From the human T2T-CHM13v2.0 reference genome, Homo sapiens: 64,000 nucleotides of DNA. The notes beneath the pieces were generated by a model that worked only from the letters and a program-made list of their open reading frames with translations, was not told the DNA's origin and searched no databases. Position 1 is the stretch's first letter. Each line of letters begins with the position of its first letter. Shown one piece after another: positions 53,793 through 64,000 of the stretch. Position numbers and translations under genes: made by a program. The DNA lies in NCBI RefSeq assembly GCF_009914755.1, contig NC_060926.1; one strand, 5' to 3'.

Positions 53793-54651
53793 GGGTCCCC
53801 AGCTTGGCAAAGTAGCAAAGTCACCCACCTGACTGAGCATTCCCTGTAGCAAAGACTCTGTGTTTCTCCGAGGTGGAGCTCCCGGAGGCAACTAAAAGCC
53901 CCTCTGCCACTGCCAATGCGGTGGTACTGTCCTTGCTGCACTGACTGGTGAAACAGCAAAGACCCTGAGTGTTTTATGCACACTTCCAGCAAACCACAGC
54001 ACCCTAAGGAGGAAAGGTCAGTTTGTCTCCACTATAAGCCCTTTGGTCCTGCTGCTCATCACCAGGCAGGGCCCCCCAGCTTGGGCCCACAATGCAGCCA
54101 CCCTACTCCTGGGCCAATTGCTGAGTGGTGGTGGCTCTGCATTTCTCTGTAGTGAAGCCCCAAGAGACAAATGAAAGGCCCTCTGCCACAGCCACTGTCA
54201 AGGTTCCTTCCCCTGCTCCTTCCAACCTGGGAAGGGAATATAAAGCCTGAGCTCACCCCAGTGCCATGGTGTGCAGCCTGGGAGGGCCAAACCAAGATCT
54301 GCAGCTAGCACTCAAGTAGGAGAGGAACCCACAGTGTCCAAACACTGAGAAGGAGCACGCCTTCCATTGTGAGAAAATACAGAGGAGCCACATGGCTAAA
54401 GTGCCCACTTAGCCCTTATGCTTAAATGTCATGTGCAGGATAACAGCCAAAACCTCAATACCGAAAGTATTTTGCTAACACAAGCCCCATGAAACCAAGG
54501 ACAAAAATTCAGCTACAAATAAAGGCCTCACACGAAGCTGTAGCCCTTTGAAAACATCCAGAAAAAAGTCCACTAACTGTTCTCAAAACATAGCTAAAAG
54601 AACATCAGCCCACACAAATGAGAAAGAACCAGAACAAGAACTCTGATAACT

Positions 54652-61604
<6,953 letters not shown>

Positions 61605-64000
61605 AAAAATTCTGATAACTCAAAACCCAGAGTGTCTTCTTTCTTCCAAATGGCCACACTAGTTCACCAACAAGGGCTTTTAACCAGGCTGAAATGGCTG
61701 AGATTACAGAAATAGAATTCTGAATATGGATAGGAAATGAAGATAACCAAGATTCAGGAGAAAGTCAAAATCCAATCCAAGAAATCTAGGGATTGCAATA
61801 AAACAATACAAGAGCTGAAAGAAAAGACCAATAGTATACTGTCTTCAGGAGACCCATCTCACATGCAAGGGCACCCACAGGCTCAGAGTAAAGGGATGGA
61901 GACAAATCTACCAAACAAATGGAAAACAGAAACAGGCCGGGATTGTTATTTTAATTTCAGACAAAACAGACCATAAACCAACAATGATCAAAAAAGACAA
62001 AGAAGGGCATTACATAATGGGAAATAATTCAATTCAATAAAACCTAACTATCCTAACCATATATGCACATATAACACAGAAGCACCCAGATTTATAAAGT
62101 TCTTAAGGACCTGTGAAGGATGTAATAACCACACAATAATAGTGAGAGACTTCAACACCCTACTTACAATTAAGTCATCAAGGCAGAAAACAAAGATATT
62201 AAGGACCTGAACTCAACACGTGACCAAATGAAACCAATAGACATCTATGGAACTCTCCACCTAAAAGCAACAGAATATACACTCTTCTAATCTGCACAGG
62301 GCACATGATGTAAAATTGACCACACAATTGGCCATAAAACTATCCAAAGCAAATTCAAAAAACAAAACAGAAACAAAAATTATATTATCCACACTCTCAG
62401 ACCACAACACAATAAAAATAGAAATCAAAACTGAGAAAACTGCTGAAAACCATACGATTACATGGAAATTAAACAACATGTTCTTGAATCGCCTTTAGAT
62501 AAATAATGAAATTATGGCAGAAATCAAGAAACTTTTTGAAAATAATGAGAACAAAAATATAACATACAAGAATCACTGGGACACAGCTAAAACAGTGGTA
62601 AAGAGGGAAGTGTATAGTGCTAAACACCCAATTCTAAATGTTAGAAAGATCTAAAGTCCACAAATTAACATGACACCTGGAAGAACTAGAGAAACAAGAG
62701 CAAACCAGTCCCAGAGCTAGCAGAAGACAAGAAATAACCAATATCAGAGGTGAACTGAAAGAGATAGAGATGCAAAAAAAATTAGAAAACAAAGTCAGGA
62801 ATTTAGTTTTTGAAGAATAAATAAGATAGATAGACTGCTAGCTAGACTAATAAAGAAAAAAATAGAGAAGATCCAAATAAACGCAATGAGAAATTACAAA
62901 GGGGATGTTACCAGTGATCTCATAGAAATATAAAAAGCCCTAAGAGACTACTGTGAACATTTCCATGCACACAAATTAGACAACTTAGAAGAAATTGATA
63001 CATTCCTGGAAACATAGTACCTCCCAAGACTGAAAAAGGAAGAAATCGAATCTCTGAACAGAACAATAATTGTTCCAAAGCTGAATCAGTAGGAAAAAGC
63101 CTACCAAGCAGAAAAACCCCAGGACTGGATGGATTCACAGCCGAATTCTACCAGATGTATAAAAAAGAGCTGGTAACATTCCTACTAAAACTATTCCAAA
63201 AAATTGAACAGAAAGAACTCCTTAACTCATTCAATGATGTCAGCATCATCCTGATACCAAAATCTGGCAGAGATACAACAAAAAAGAAAATATCCTTGAT
63301 GAACATAGATGCAAAAATCTTCAACAAAATACGAACAAACAGAATCCAGCAGCATATCAAAAGACAAATCCACCATAATTAAGTAGGCTTTATCCCTGGG
63401 ATGCAAGGAGGGTTCAACATACACAAATCAACAAATGTAATTAATTACATCAACAGAACTGAAAACAAATGTCACATGATCATCTCAATAGATGATGAAA
63501 ATACTTTCAATAAAATTCAACATCGCTTCTTGTTAAAAACCCTCAGCAACCTAGGCTTTGAAGAAAAATACTTCAAAATAAAAAAGGCATCCAGGGAAAA
63601 ACACAGCCAACAACCTACTAAATGAGCAAAAGCTGTAAGTATTCCCCCTGAAATCTGGAAAAACACAAAGACGCCCTCTCTCACCACTCCTGTTCAACAT
63701 AGTACTGGAAGTCCTAGCCAGAGCAATTAGACAAGAGAAACATAAATGGCATCAAAATAGGAAGACAAGATGTCAAACTATCCCTTTTTGCAGAGGATAT
63801 GATTCTCTACCCAGAAAACTCCATAGTTTCTGCCCCAAAGCTCCTTGATCTGATAAGCAAGCCCAGCAAAGTTTCAAGATACAAAGCCAATGTACAAAAA
63901 TTAGTAGCATTCCTATACACCAACAACATCTAAGCTGACAGTCAACTCAAGAACCCAATCCCACTCACAGTAGTCACAAAAAGAATAAAATACTAGGAAT

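Overview
AT-rich primate genomic DNA, most likely human or great ape given an L1PA2-type LINE-1, AluY and LTR12. It looks intergenic or deep intronic. I find no host protein-coding gene, RNA gene or CRISPR array. The recognisable ORFs are decayed LINE-1 ORF1/ORF2/ORF0, THE1-internal or Tigger1 transposase remnants, Alu/LTR read-throughs, or microsatellite artefacts. Roughly 60% of the window is recognisable interspersed repeat. It includes a complete THE1 MaLR provirus, a full-length but disabled L1PA2-like element, a nested L1-in-L1 complex with THE1 and MER4A-type LTRs, solo LTR12/LTR8/MER66-like LTRs, about 11 Alus, Tigger1/MER6A/MER2/MER33/MER58/MER5A DNA-transposon relics, and MIR/L2 fragments. 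Subfamily names come from recalled consensus motifs, not a RepeatMasker run. I found no convincing new biological system. The most unusual signals are structural: three near-perfect 32-42 bp inverted duplications, two 5'-inverted L1s (one lacking poly(A) and TSD), a left-arm-only Alu with a perfect 16-bp TSD, an old ~210 bp local duplication with a splice-acceptor-like end, and a few candidate regulatory motifs.
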